Part shown: positions 38,425 to 48,983 of the stretch, piece by piece | Layout: every line of letters starts with the position of its first letter | Numbering within the stretch: the first letter of the stretch is position 1 | Source: a bacterium | Lineage (GTDB): Archaea; Nanobdellota; Nanobdellia; Pacearchaeales; GW2011-AR1 | DNA length: 64,000 bases | Assembly: GCA_036787775.1 (NCBI GenBank) | Contig: DAIQOR010000001.1 | Coordinates: 183,286-247,285, forward strand | Reading direction: 5' to 3' | Translations under genes and position numbers: made by a program | Notes under the pieces: generated by a model | What the model was told of the DNA's origin: nothing | What the model saw: the letters and a program-made list of their open reading frames with translations, nothing else | The model's database searches: none

Positions 38425-38709
38425 CTAATAATCAATCCAAGGATAAAAAGGATTATACCATTTATGAGAATGATAAAGTTGGTCTTGAGAAAATTTCTCC
38501 ATCCGAGTTTCATAATACGTACAATCGCCTTCGTCCAAGGGTTTTTCACTTTCCCGGTCTTCACATCGAGGATATTCTTTTTTCAACGCCCCAATTTTAT
38601 AAGCATCTCTTTTTTCCAAAGAATCGTAATACTTAATATTCCACCCATAAAGCGAAAGAAGAACTATTGGAATCAAACTCCACTTTTTTATTTTACCTTT
38701 ATATCCCAT
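38425..38709 (-). CDS. small secreted hypothetical protein
   Basis: It is 94 aa with an N-terminal hydrophobic signal-like segment. Confidence 0.4.
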   Translation of the reverse strand: MGYKGKIKKWSLIPIVLLSLYGWNIKYYDSLEKRDAYKIGALKKEYPRCEDRESEKPLDEGDCTYYETRMEKFSQDQLYHSHKWYNPFYPWIDY

Positions 38710-38753
38710 CGCAAATATTATTTTCTCCTATTTTTAAACATTATTATACAGAA

Positions 38754-39593
38754 CTATTCAGATTTAACTACAGCTTTTTTCTTCTTCAAAATCAAAACCA
38801 ATCCAAGACCCAAGACCAAAAGTGTGAAAGAAATTCCCAAACCAACTTTAACCGCTTTATTATCTCCCACAACGTTTCCTGTAATTAGACTCGGTTTTTC
38901 ATTATTTTTTATAACAGCTTCTTCCTCGTTATTTGGAAGCACGACAATTACTTCGTCATCATTATTACTGCTTGAGATAGATTTCTTGTCAGAAGTTTTA
39001 CATTCGCCCACATCCAAAGCACAATTCGAACAGGTTTCCCCTGGATCTATTTTTCCATTTCCACAAAGTAAATAGCATTTTTCAAAAGGACTAATACCGC
39101 ATGAATTACAAGTTAAATTTCCAAAATCATATCCAAATGTAGAGCAACTTACTCCAGAAGAAAACAAATTTCCATCGCATTGTTCTCCCGCATCCAAAAC
39201 GCCATTCCCACAAACTGAAACTCGCGGAACAATCCCATCAAATGTCAAATCTAATTTAATATCATCCCCCCAACTATCTCTTCCAGCATAAAATCCCTCC
39301 TCATTCGCCATCATACCATTGAGATAAAAAACTATTTCGCCAGGACTTGAAGTCAAACACGGAAAAACATCAATTGAATAGGTCCCGTCAGAGTTCAAGG
39401 GCCCAGAACTTTTGATAATTCCAATATTAGTTGTAATTTCTAAATCAATAGTATTCTTAACAAGCCCGTTGCTGTCGCTAACTTTCCCAGAGTAAGTCGC
39501 AGGAATTCCAGTTAAACACACGGCAGAATTAATTGAACCTAAAACTCCCACTAAGAAAATAAAAGCAATTATTGAAATTAATTTTTGTTTCAT
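38754..39593 (-). CDS. surface protein with Cys-rich CGNG..GEQCD repeats and C-terminal TM anchor
   Basis: It has an N-terminal signal and two CGNG(V/K)(L/I)D.GE.C repeats resembling Myxococcus cysteine-rich repeats. The C-terminus has a TM segment and KKKK tail. Confidence 0.55.
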   Translation of the reverse strand: MKQKLISIIAFIFLVGVLGSINSAVCLTGIPATYSGKVSDSNGLVKNTIDLEITTNIGIIKSSGPLNSDGTYSIDVFPCLTSSPGEIVFYLNGMMANEEGFYAGRDSWGDDIKLDLTFDGIVPRVSVCGNGVLDAGEQCDGNLFSSGVSCSTFGYDFGNLTCNSCGISPFEKCYLLCGNGKIDPGETCSNCALDVGECKTSDKKSISSSNNDDEVIVVLPNNEEEAVIKNNEKPSLITGNVVGDNKAVKVGLGISFTLLVLGLGLVLILKKKKAVVKSE

Positions 39594-39690
39594 GTTTTTT
39601 CATCGAATTTTCATTTATAAATTTTATGCAAAACCTCTTTCTCCTTTTGGGCGATTAAATAAAAATAAAAAATAAAAAATAAAAACAATT

Positions 39691-41169
39691 TTATGCAAAG
39701 TTATAATCTGTAACCGATTTGGTATATAAGATTGATTCTCCAGCATTTCCTCCAAGGAATACTTGGTAACCTTTACCAGATTTCAATGTTGTCACATCAT
39801 TCCCATTCTCGTCGTCAACTTGATAATCTTTAAGATTCTTCAATCCTGGAGCACTACTAAACATTAAATTTTTGATTTCTTTAGGAAGCCAGGTATTCTT
39901 CAAACCGAATTTACCAATCCAATTATATCCACTTTCAAGTTCAACAGTAGGAGAGCTTCCAAAAGGAGCAGGTCCAACTTTGTCCCCAAAACCATATAAT
40001 GAATCAGCAACATCCATGTTAACCCAATAAGCATATCCAGGAACTATGTTATCAAGAGTGCTATCATAGTAACCAGTTCTTGCAGACAAAGGTCTCGTGT
40101 GAGAAGATGTTCCAGCTTGGTAAATACTCCATTCACTTGAGCTGTATGAAACACTATCAACAATGCTTCCAAAAACATTATCCACAGCAGTGTCAACTTC
40201 TCCGGTATTCGGATCAGTCGGTATTAAAGGAATAGAAATTAAATTCCATCCTTCAACCAAGTCAATTTTCCAACTATAAACAATTGTATTGAAATAGTAA
40301 TATTCAACATTAGTTCCAGCAATAACCCTAACAAACATTGGATTGTTGTTTCCTTGATCAGCATTTACAACATTGTCCCAAGTAACTTCACAATCGTTAC
40401 CATTTGCAACAATTGTCATATCTGATGCAAGCATTTCTGTACAAATAGGAGCAATAAAGCTAGTAGTAAATGTATTCACGTTCGCACCATTATACGACTC
40501 AGTTTCATTATCGAAATCAGTAGTCAAATTGCTCAAAGCAACAACTTCTTGATCCGGGATAATTATTGCATCTTTAACTTCCAAAATTATAGAATCTGTG
40601 CAAGTACCTTGATTACCATCTTCAACAATAACCTCGATAGTGAAATCATCACTTTCGTCAAATGTATGTGTAACACCATTGCCATCTGCTTCTTCTCCAT
40701 CTCCAAAATCCCAATGATATATCAAAGTTTCACTCCCAACAATTGTTGCGTTATAATTGAAAAGAACTTCCAATCCAACAGCTGAATCATTTATTGTAGG
40801 GGAGATAAAACCATTACAAGAAGGATTTGAATTATTAACATAAAATATTCCAGATTCAATAAGCAAAGTTCCTTTTTCTAACTTTAAACAAAATTCTCCA
40901 TCACTTACAGAAGAAGAATTCCAATTTTTAAAAAGAGTTCCAGCAGGAATACTCGCACTCAAAGAATTGCACCCAGTTTCACAATCAGCTTCACAAAGAG
41001 TAAGAAAATCAATTCCAACTCCTTCATCAGTCCAAACAATATCCAATGTTCCTGAAACCACTTCTCCACTTAAAGGCGTGGTAAATTCAACATCTTCAAA
41101 TCCGGCACTCGCCAAACCACTCACTAATAATATCCCCAATAAAAATATAGGTAATATAAATTTTTTCAT
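39691..41169 (-). CDS. secreted protein with PKD domain
   Basis: It has an N-terminal signal and a PKD-like segment YHWDFGDGEEADGNGVTHTF. Confidence 0.55.
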   Translation of the reverse strand: MKKFILPIFLLGILLVSGLASAGFEDVEFTTPLSGEVVSGTLDIVWTDEGVGIDFLTLCEADCETGCNSLSASIPAGTLFKNWNSSSVSDGEFCLKLEKGTLLIESGIFYVNNSNPSCNGFISPTINDSAVGLEVLFNYNATIVGSETLIYHWDFGDGEEADGNGVTHTFDESDDFTIEVIVEDGNQGTCTDSIILEVKDAIIIPDQEVVALSNLTTDFDNETESYNGANVNTFTTSFIAPICTEMLASDMTIVANGNDCEVTWDNVVNADQGNNNPMFVRVIAGTNVEYYYFNTIVYSWKIDLVEGWNLISIPLIPTDPNTGEVDTAVDNVFGSIVDSVSYSSSEWSIYQAGTSSHTRPLSARTGYYDSTLDNIVPGYAYWVNMDVADSLYGFGDKVGPAPFGSSPTVELESGYNWIGKFGLKNTWLPKEIKNLMFSSAPGLKNLKDYQVDDENGNDVTTLKSGKGYQVFLGGNAGESILYTKSVTDYNFA

Positions 41170-41317
41170 ATTTTAAACCTCCTTTCAGCTCTATAATTGT
41201 CATTATTGACTATGAAGTTCTCTTTTTTTCTTTTCATTACTAAAATTAACAACAATTTCTTTAAAAGCATTGTTGTCGTCGAGAAAATGCTTTTTGTCGT
41301 CACTTTTTATCAATGAA

Positions 41318-42091
41318 TCAATAACTCTTCCACAAAACCAACTTCCCAAAATCATCTCTCAAAAACAAAGTGTCCCCGCCATCAGTCCAAACATAATCTT
41401 TTCTATCCCAATAAATTTCATTTTCTGTATTAGTTTTATTCCCAACAATCAAACTAACTTCTCCTTTCCCATCCAAAATAAAATTTGGAAAAATAAATTT
41501 TTTCCGACCCTCGTCCTTAACTTCCCAGTTCTCTAAATCGCAATCAATCCCACAAATATTTTCAAAAACAACAATTTCATTTTCGTAATCCAACTTTTTC
41601 AAATTAACACAACTCGCACAAGCGTCCAAAGATTTCACACAAAGATTTTTTCCACAATTTTTCCACGCCTCCAAAAATTCAAAATAATATTGATCTCTTC
41701 CCAAAAAATAAATATTCGCATAACCTTCCTCAACCAATTTTTTATTCACATTCTCATTATTATAAAAAACATAAGCAAGCTTTCGACCATACAGGTCTTT
41801 TTTATCGACGCCAAACTTCAAAACAACTTTCTTTCCCAAAATTAAATTATCCAAAAAATCCTTCGCCTCAGAATAATAAATTTCTCCTCTCTCTGGACAA
41901 TTAATTCCCAACAGCCGAACCGATTCATTGTTCGCAACAAAAGTGTCCCCATCAATAACCCTCTCGACAACCACAACTTCTTTTTCTTCAAAAAAATTCA
42001 CGACGGCAGAATCCAATTTTCCATAATTAATTCCAACCAAAATAACAACTGCAAAAACCAAAATTAAAATATCTAATTTTTTATTAACCAT
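41318..42091 (-). CDS. membrane-anchored staphylococcal-nuclease (SNase/thermonuclease)-like nuclease
   Basis: VIDGDTFV...VRLLGINCPE matches the SNase catalytic region. It has an N-terminal TM. The probable start is the MVNKK at 42091 (the ORF is open to 42124). Confidence 0.6.
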   Translation of the reverse strand: MVNKKLDILILVFAVVILVGINYGKLDSAVVNFFEEKEVVVVERVIDGDTFVANNESVRLLGINCPERGEIYYSEAKDFLDNLILGKKVVLKFGVDKKDLYGRKLAYVFYNNENVNKKLVEEGYANIYFLGRDQYYFEFLEAWKNCGKNLCVKSLDACASCVNLKKLDYENEIVVFENICGIDCDLENWEVKDEGRKKFIFPNFILDGKGEVSLIVGNKTNTENEIYWDRKDYVWTDGGDTLFLRDDFGKLVLWKSY

Positions 42092-42348
42092 AAAAAGTGT
42101 AGGAAAGGGTCTCGAAAGACCCAAACATTAACCAAAGTTAACGCTTCCTACAAAAAGTTATTAGCTTTTATCCTTTTTAATTTTTTCCGAGTATTTCAAA
42201 GTAAATACAAGATCGTCGAGAAACAATGAAAATTTCAATTATTTATTAGTAGATTGTGTTTATAAATTTTTTGTAAAAAATCTAAAATTATTTTCTTTAA
42301 ATCGTCTTTAGAAAAGTTTTATAAGTTGATTATATTTATGAACTTCAT

Positions 42349-42433
42349 GCGGGGGTGCCGGAGTTGGTCAAACGGGCTGGACTTAAGATCCAGTAGCTTA
42401 GTGCTTGCGCAGGTTCGAGTCCTGTCCCTCGCA
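42349..42433 (+). tRNA. tRNA-Leu (UAA)
   Basis: Manual fold: 7-bp acceptor GCGGGGG/CCCTCGC, anticodon loop CTTAAGA, long variable arm, and T-arm GGTTCGAGTCC. No encoded CCA. Confidence 0.8.
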
Positions 42434-42494
42434 TAAAATAAAGATTAATTTTAATTCTAAACATTTTTATATGGATAATTTCTAACTATTTAAT

Positions 42495-42578
42495 GCGGGG
42501 GTGCCGGAGTGGTCAAACGGGACAGACTCAAGATCTGTTAGCTTAGTGCTTACGCAGGTTCGAATCCTGTCCCTCGCA
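42495..42578 (+). tRNA. tRNA-Leu (CAA)
   Basis: It is a paralogue of the preceding tRNA with anticodon loop CTCAAGA. Confidence 0.8.
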
Positions 42579-42935
42579 TTTAAGAGAAAAAACTAGATAA
42601 AATTCATCAAAGAATAAAATAATATATTTCCCTTTTTTATTCAGAAAAGAATTTTTCGTAATAACGCTTTTAGAATTAATATGATATGTTAAAGGTCTCG
42701 GTTTGTCCTTGATTAAAATTCCTTTCTTTTCTAATTTTTTAACAGTTTCTCTTAAAGAAGTATATTTACTTGTAAGATAATTTTTCTTTTCACATTTTTT
42801 TATTTTTTTAATCTCAAAGAAGTATTTTTCCTTAACATATTCCCAAATATCTATACTTGGTTTGTCAATTACATCTTTAATAAAAGATATATCTGTCTCA
42901 TTTATTCTAATTCCTTTATCATATTTTCTAACCAT
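42543..42935 (-). CDS. hypothetical wHTH-like protein (3' end overlaps tRNA-Leu)
   Basis: It is a 130-aa ORF whose last 36 nt are antisense to the tRNA-Leu(CAA) 3' end. The real C-terminus is uncertain. Confidence 0.3.
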   Translation of the reverse strand: MVRKYDKGIRINETDISFIKDVIDKPSIDIWEYVKEKYFFEIKKIKKCEKKNYLTSKYTSLRETVKKLEKKGILIKDKPRPLTYHINSKSVITKNSFLNKKGKYIILFFDEFYLVFSLKCEGQDSNLRKH

Positions 42936-43135
42936 TTTCTAAAAAAGATTATAGCCTTTATAAACTTTTCTCTGCTAACAACCCTTTCTCAAAATTTTTC
43001 TTTCACTTTGCTTAAAGAAAAATTCAAATCAATCTTTTCGGCGAAGCCAGTTTATTATTAATTCAAAATCCATCTTCGCGAAGCGAACAATTTTCTAACC
43101 AACAGATTTTTAAACCAAATTTAATATTCCTAATC

Positions 43136-45301
43136 ATGGCAGAAGATATGACAAAAAGAATCGCTAAGCTGATGCATAGTCAAGAAAAAATTAGAAATAT
43201 TGCAATTGCAGCTCACATAGATCATGGTAAAACAACTTTTTCCGACAATCTTTTAGCAGGTGCAGGAATGCTTTCCGAAGAGACCGCAGGAAAACAAAGA
43301 TTCATGGATTTCCACGAGGACGAAGCAGCAAGAGGAATCACAATAGATGCAGCGTCGGTATCAATGGTGCACAAAGTAGGTGGAGAAGATTATTTAGTTA
43401 ATTTAATTGACACACCAGGACACGTTGATTTCGGTGGAGACGTTACTCGTGCAATGCGAGCCGTCGACGGATGTGTTATTTTATCCTGCGCCGTCGAAGG
43501 TGTAATGCCCCAAACAGAAACAGTTGTCCGACAAGCACTAAAAGAATTGGTAAAACCAGTTTTATTCATAAATAAAGTTGACCGATTAATCAAAGAAGTA
43601 AAATTAACACCAGAAGCAATGCAAGCAAAATTCATTTCTATAATCGACCACGTTAATCAATTGATTGAAAATATCGCACCAGAAGGTTACAAAGAAAAAT
43701 GGAAAGTTGGCGTCGGTGAAGGAACAGTCGCGTTCGGTTCAGCATTTCATAATTGGGCGTTAAGCGTGCCGTACATGAAAGAAAAAGGAATTACTTTCAA
43801 AGATATTATCGACGCATATGAACATGATACTTACAAAGAACTTGCAAAAAAAGCACCGTTACACGAAGTTGTTTTAGCAATGTCTGTTAAACATCACCCA
43901 AATCCTGTAGATGCTCAAAAATATAGAATCCCAAAAATCTGGCACGGAGATATTGATTCACAATTAGGAAAGGATTTACTCAATTGTAATCCTAAAGGAG
44001 AACCAACTTTCGTTCCAATTAAAATCGTCGTCGATAAACACGCGGGGGAAGTAGCCTGCGGAAGATTATTCTCTGGAACAATAAAACAAGGAGATGACGT
44101 TTACATGAATTTAGCAAAAAGAAAAACAAGAGTTCAACAAGTTTCAGTTTACAAAGGTTCTCAAAGATTTATCGTCGACGAAGTTTCAGCCGGAAATATT
44201 GTTGGAGTTGTAGGACTAAAAGATGTATTCTCTGGAGAAACAGTTTCAAGAAATCCAATTGAACCATTCGAAGCAATCAAACATTTATTTGACCCCGTTG
44301 TTACAAAATCAATTGAAGCAACAAAAGCTGCGGATTTACCGAAGCTGGTTGAAATTTTAAAACAGATAGCAAAGGAAGATCCGTCGATAAAAATTTCAAT
44401 TAATGACCAAACAGGTGAATCTTTAATGTCAGGAATGGGAGAGCTTCATTTGGAAATTATTGAAAACAGAATCAAAACAGAAAAAGGGTTAGCAGTAAGA
44501 ACATCGGCACCAATTATTGTTTATCGAGAAACCGTCGGAAAAGAATCAACAGCTCATGAAGGACGTTCACCAAACAAGCACAACGGTTTCTTCATCAAAG
44601 TCGCACCTTTAGAAGATGAAATTTATAACGCTGTTCAATCGGGAGATATTCCTGAAGGCCGTATAAAAAAGAAAGGTAAAGAAATGGATGAAAAATTAAG
44701 AGTTTTAGGATGGGACAGCGAGGACATTCGAAACTTAAGAGATGTTTACAAAGGAAGTGTTTTCTTCGACGAGACTCGAGGAGAAGTCCACATCGGTGAA
44801 GTAATTGAAATGGTTTTGGACGCTTTCGAAATGATTATGGACGCAGGACCTTTAGCAAGAGAGCCGTGCATGAAAATGAAAGTTTCTTTAGTTGATATTA
44901 AGCTTCACGAAGATGCAATTCACAGAGGTCCAGCACAAGTTTACCCAGCAGTGAGAGAAGGTGTAACAAATGCAATGAAAAACGCAAACCCTGCTTTATT
45001 AGAACCTTTACAAATTCATTTAATTGAAATGCCAGACCATTTTATGGGCGCCGTTACAAAACTTGTCGGCGGTAAGAGAGGACAAATGTTGAACATGGGA
45101 CAAGAAGGTACAAACGCAGAATTAGAAGCAAAGATTCCAGTTGCAGAAATGATTGGATGGTCTTCAGATTTACGTTCAGCGACGGAAGGACGGGGAACTT
45201 CATCAATAAAAGATCAGTTATTCGAAAAAGTTCCTGCCGGATTACAAGGCGAGATTATTAGAAAAATAAGAGATAGAAAAGGTTTAGCAGAGAACCAATA
45301 G
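43136..45301 (+). CDS. fusA: translation elongation factor 2 (aEF-2)
   Basis: It has AHIDHGKTT, DTPGHVDF and the diphthamide-region His, and is 721 aa. Confidence 0.9.
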   Translation: MAEDMTKRIAKLMHSQEKIRNIAIAAHIDHGKTTFSDNLLAGAGMLSEETAGKQRFMDFHEDEAARGITIDAASVSMVHKVGGEDYLVNLIDTPGHVDFGGDVTRAMRAVDGCVILSCAVEGVMPQTETVVRQALKELVKPVLFINKVDRLIKEVKLTPEAMQAKFISIIDHVNQLIENIAPEGYKEKWKVGVGEGTVAFGSAFHNWALSVPYMKEKGITFKDIIDAYEHDTYKELAKKAPLHEVVLAMSVKHHPNPVDAQKYRIPKIWHGDIDSQLGKDLLNCNPKGEPTFVPIKIVVDKHAGEVACGRLFSGTIKQGDDVYMNLAKRKTRVQQVSVYKGSQRFIVDEVSAGNIVGVVGLKDVFSGETVSRNPIEPFEAIKHLFDPVVTKSIEATKAADLPKLVEILKQIAKEDPSIKISINDQTGESLMSGMGELHLEIIENRIKTEKGLAVRTSAPIIVYRETVGKESTAHEGRSPNKHNGFFIKVAPLEDEIYNAVQSGDIPEGRIKKKGKEMDEKLRVLGWDSEDIRNLRDVYKGSVFFDETRGEVHIGEVIEMVLDAFEMIMDAGPLAREPCMKMKVSLVDIKLHEDAIHRGPAQVYPAVREGVTNAMKNANPALLEPLQIHLIEMPDHFMGAVTKLVGGKRGQMLNMGQEGTNAELEAKIPVAEMIGWSSDLRSATEGRGTSSIKDQLFEKVPAGLQGEIIRKIRDRKGLAENQ

Positions 45302-45331
45302 TTTTTTAAATATATTTCTTGAATAATTTTT

Positions 45332-45619
45332 ATGAAGAGATCTAAAACAGAATATTATCTTCGGGAAATAGGATTTATCCTTAAGGAAACTGAAGGTGAA
45401 GAATTAAATAGAATTGAGAAAATATTCCGAAAAGAGCATAGTCCTCTCATGGCAGATTATGTTCATGAAATTAATTCTGGTTTAGAAATTGAAGAAGTAG
45501 TTAATAGATTTTTTTTAAGAAGTGAAGGAAAAGAAATCCCCCTTTATCACGGAGAAGATTCAAGTTGGCTTCAAAGATTTTTCCAAGATTTAGAAAAACT
45601 TGGGGACAATAATTCTTAA
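45332..45619 (+). CDS. hypothetical protein
   Basis: It is a 95-aa ORF between fusA and tuf. Confidence 0.35.
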   Translation: MKRSKTEYYLREIGFILKETEGEELNRIEKIFRKEHSPLMADYVHEINSGLEIEEVVNRFFLRSEGKEIPLYHGEDSSWLQRFFQDLEKLGDNNS

Positions 45620-45985
45620 ATAGATTAATTCCCAAATCAATTTATGGATAATCAAAAAAGAAATTGGACTTTTGCAAAAATTTATTTTATTCTACAATTT
45701 TTGGAGGTTATTCTACATTGACAATCGTGGCGTTTTGTATGACTGGTTCAAATATAGGAAAAAATACACGCCATCTGAAATAGAAGAAAGGCTTATTTCT
45801 GAATGTTCAGAAAAAAAAGGACTAAGTAATTTCGTGTGCAAGGCAGAGCACACTTTAGAATTTCCCGGGAGAAAACTTGCCTATTTTTTATATGGTGCAC
45901 AATAATCTTAATTTTTTCCGTCGATAAAATAATTCATAATTTTCAATAGCGAAAAATTTATAAACTGATTTTTTTATTACTACAC

Positions 45986-47269
45986 ATGGCAAAAGAAAAA
46001 CCAAACATGAATGTTGTTTTCGTTGGGCACGTAGATGCAGGAAAATCAACAACAGTTGGGCAATTAATGTTCCAATCAGGCGCGGTTCCAGAAAATGAAA
46101 TGAAAAAACTTCGAGAAGAAGCTATAAAAAACGGTAAAGCTGGTTTCGAGTTCGCTTATGTTATGGACAAAATCAAAGAAGAAAGAGAAAGAGGAGTTAC
46201 AATTGACTTAGCTTATAAGAAAATTATGACTCAAAAATTCCAAATCACGATCATCGACGCACCAGGTCACAGAGACTTCGTAAAGAACATGATTACAGGT
46301 GCTTCACAAGCAGATTCTGCATTCTTAGTTATCGCAGCTCAAAGTGGAGTTCAACCACAAACAACAGAGCATTTATGGTTATTGAGAACAATGGGTGTAA
46401 AAAACATCGCAGTTGCAATTAACAAAATGGATGAAGTAGATTATTCAGAAGAAAAATATAAAAAAGTTAAAGAGGATGTTAGTGTATTATTAAAAGGTGT
46501 TGGAATAAACCCAGAAACAACTGCTTTTGTTGCTTGCTCAGGTTTGAAAGGTGAAAATATTGCAAAGAAATCTGATAAGATGCCTTGGTATAAAGGACCA
46601 ACAATATTAGAACAATTTGATTTATTCCCTGCTCCCGTACCACCAACTAATCTTCCAATGAGAATGCCTGTTCAAGACGTTTATGAAATTACAGGTATTG
46701 GAACTGTTCCAGTTGGAAAAGTAGAAACAGGAATTATGAAACAAGGAATGAAAGTTATAGTGCTTCCAGGTAGAACTGGGGATGGTGTTGCTGGAGAAGT
46801 AAAAACAATAGAAGCTCATCACGAAATTTTGCCTCAAGCAGATGCTGGAGACAACGTTGGAGTAAACATTAGAGGAGTAGGTAAGAAAGATATCGCAAGA
46901 GGAGATGTAATTTGCGACGCATCTAAACCAATCCCTGTTGTAAAAGAATTCATCGCTACAATCACCGTAATTAATCACCCAACTGTGTTAGCTAAAGGAT
47001 ACACTCCAGTATTCCATATACACACAGCTCAAGTTCCTTGCCAATTTGTAGAATTAATTGCTCAAATTGATCCAAGATCTGGGCAAGTAATAAAGGAAAA
47101 TCCTGACTTCTTGAAGAATGGAGATACTGCAAAAGTTAGAATCAAACCTCAAGGAAATTTATGTTTAGAAACTCAAGTGGAAAACCCTTTCATGAGTAGA
47201 TTTGCTGTAAGAGATGCTGGAGCAACAGTTGCTGCAGGAATGTGCACAGAAATTACAGAAAGAAAGTAA
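45986..47269 (+). CDS. tuf: translation elongation factor 1-alpha (aEF-1alpha)
   Basis: It has [17 protein letters not shown] and NKMD and is 427 aa. An oligo-T run follows the stop. Confidence 0.9.
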   Translation: MAKEKPNMNVVFVGHVDAGKSTTVGQLMFQSGAVPENEMKKLREEAIKNGKAGFEFAYVMDKIKEERERGVTIDLAYKKIMTQKFQITIIDAPGHRDFVKNMITGASQADSAFLVIAAQSGVQPQTTEHLWLLRTMGVKNIAVAINKMDEVDYSEEKYKKVKEDVSVLLKGVGINPETTAFVACSGLKGENIAKKSDKMPWYKGPTILEQFDLFPAPVPPTNLPMRMPVQDVYEITGIGTVPVGKVETGIMKQGMKVIVLPGRTGDGVAGEVKTIEAHHEILPQADAGDNVGVNIRGVGKKDIARGDVICDASKPIPVVKEFIATITVINHPTVLAKGYTPVFHIHTAQVPCQFVELIAQIDPRSGQVIKENPDFLKNGDTAKVRIKPQGNLCLETQVENPFMSRFAVRDAGATVAAGMCTEITERK

Positions 47270-47457
47270 TTTTTTTTTGATTCTTTTATTTTTCCCAAAA
47301 ATTTAAATACTCTTTTTTTCTAAATATCTTATTAGAAATTATCATTGATGATTATTAATCACATTCACATCAAAATCATATTAGCTTTAAGCTGGAATGA
47401 GTGGCTCTTAATTGAGAGTAGGTATATTTCTAATTAATTAAATATGGAAAACAAAAA

Positions 47458-48600
47458 ATGGCAAAAGTAAGTCCGGTATCAATAAAATACATGATACATG
47501 CGAATTTTGTAGCTGAAGGCGCTTTAGAAAAACCCGACGTAATCGGGGCTGTTTTCGGACAGACTGAAGGATTATTAGGGGCAGACCTAGAGATGCGAGA
47601 ACTACAAAAAGAAGGAAAAATTGGAAGAATTGAAGTTGAATTAGAAAGAAAAGATAAGAGAACAGTTGGAAACATAAAAATTCCAACCGCTTTAGATCAA
47701 TCTGAAACAACTTTAATCGCTGCTGCTATGGAAACTATCGAAAGAATTGGTCCCTGCGACGCGAGCATTGAAGTAGTAAGAATTGAAGATGTTCGAGGAA
47801 GCAAAAGAGATTATATCATCGAAAGAGCAAAGAAACTTATGGGTCAAATCCAAGGTTCATCTGACTCAAGAGAAATCTCAAACGAGATCAAGGATTCAAA
47901 AAGAACAGCCGATGTTCAAGAGTACGGCGACGAAAAACTTCCCTGCGGAGATTTATCTGGCAATGAAGTAATCGTTGTTGAAGGAAGAGCAGACGTTCTT
48001 AATTTGTTAAGAAGCGGAGTAAAAAACGCGATTGCTATGAACGGAACAAAACTCCCGGATGCAATAAAAGAACTTGGCAAAACTAAAGAATTAACTCTAT
48101 TTGTCGACGGAGACAGAGGAGGAGATTTAATTGCTCGGAACGTTATGGACAACGCAAGAGTGAAATACATTGTAATGGCTCCCGACGGAAAAGAAGTCGA
48201 GGAATTAACAGGGAAAGAAGTTTTGATGATTCTACGAAAGAGAGTTCCAGCAGAAGAATTTTTTAGAAGATCAGGAAGAAGCACGCCAGAAACTCCAGAA
48301 GTGAAACCAACTTTTGAGTTAACTGACGAAGATAAAGAAAAGCTTAAGGAAATTTCTAAAGAAAACAAAGGTTCAGGAAAAGCAATTTTCTTGGATGAAA
48401 ACTTAGCTGAAATGAAAAACGTTTCAACAAAAGGAATCAGCAGCGCTTTGAAAAAAACTGACAAAACACCTTCAGTAGTCGTGATTGATGGCATCGCAAC
48501 AAGTGCAATCATGAGAGCTATAGAAGAAGCAGGTATCGCTGTAATGGTTGCGTCAAATTTCGCAAACACTGACACAAATTTGAAATTATTAAGTTTCTAA
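47458..48600 (+). CDS. dnaG: archaeal DnaG-type primase (Toprim; exosome-associated)
   Basis: It has the conserved archaeal DnaG N-terminus (VSIKYMIHANFVAEG...) and a Toprim segment VIVVEGRADVLNLL. Confidence 0.8.
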   Translation: MAKVSPVSIKYMIHANFVAEGALEKPDVIGAVFGQTEGLLGADLEMRELQKEGKIGRIEVELERKDKRTVGNIKIPTALDQSETTLIAAAMETIERIGPCDASIEVVRIEDVRGSKRDYIIERAKKLMGQIQGSSDSREISNEIKDSKRTADVQEYGDEKLPCGDLSGNEVIVVEGRADVLNLLRSGVKNAIAMNGTKLPDAIKELGKTKELTLFVDGDRGGDLIARNVMDNARVKYIVMAPDGKEVEELTGKEVLMILRKRVPAEEFFRRSGRSTPETPEVKPTFELTDEDKEKLKEISKENKGSGKAIFLDENLAEMKNVSTKGISSALKKTDKTPSVVVIDGIATSAIMRAIEEAGIAVMVASNFANTDTNLKLLSF

Positions 48601-48649
48601 TTTGACAAATTTTTATTTTTATTTTTACTGGAATCCTTCGGGGTTCCTT

Positions 48650-48907
48650 TTATTTTTCTGATGGACAATAAGTTTTCCAGATTAAGTCGGGAAGAATGCC
48701 CTTATCTCTTGAATAATAACCTGCAGAATTAACATATATCTTTCCTTCAAGGTCAAGTTCACTCATTGTTTCGCAAGATGCATAAAGATTCTCACCACAT
48801 CTAATCCATAATTTTATTTTCTTATTTTTCTTCTTATCAATCTCAAAAGCAATTAAATCTCCTTCTTCCAATCTTATGGGGGTGTTATATAAACTTCCGA
48901 TTATCAT
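48650..48907 (-). CDS. hypothetical protein
   Basis: 85-aa ORF. Confidence 0.35.
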   Translation of the reverse strand: MIIGSLYNTPIRLEEGDLIAFEIDKKKNKKIKLWIRCGENLYASCETMSELDLEGKIYVNSAGYYSRDKGILPDLIWKTYCPSEK

Positions 48908-48983
48908 AAAAATAAATTATACGTTTTCTTTAATAAATATTTATATCCAAAAACATTTAAATATACTTTTACTATCCTTTATT

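Noticed and set aside
38464-39075. 203-aa plus-strand ORF overlapping two minus-strand secreted-protein genes
   Set aside because: It overlaps two genes on the opposite strand that have signal peptides and Cys-rich repeats. It has Phe/Ile/Leu-rich low complexity.
47916-48575. 219-aa minus-strand ORF inside dnaG
   Set aside because: It is antisense to a conserved Toprim primase gene. Its Ser/Phe/Leu-rich low-complexity sequence makes it a shadow ORF.
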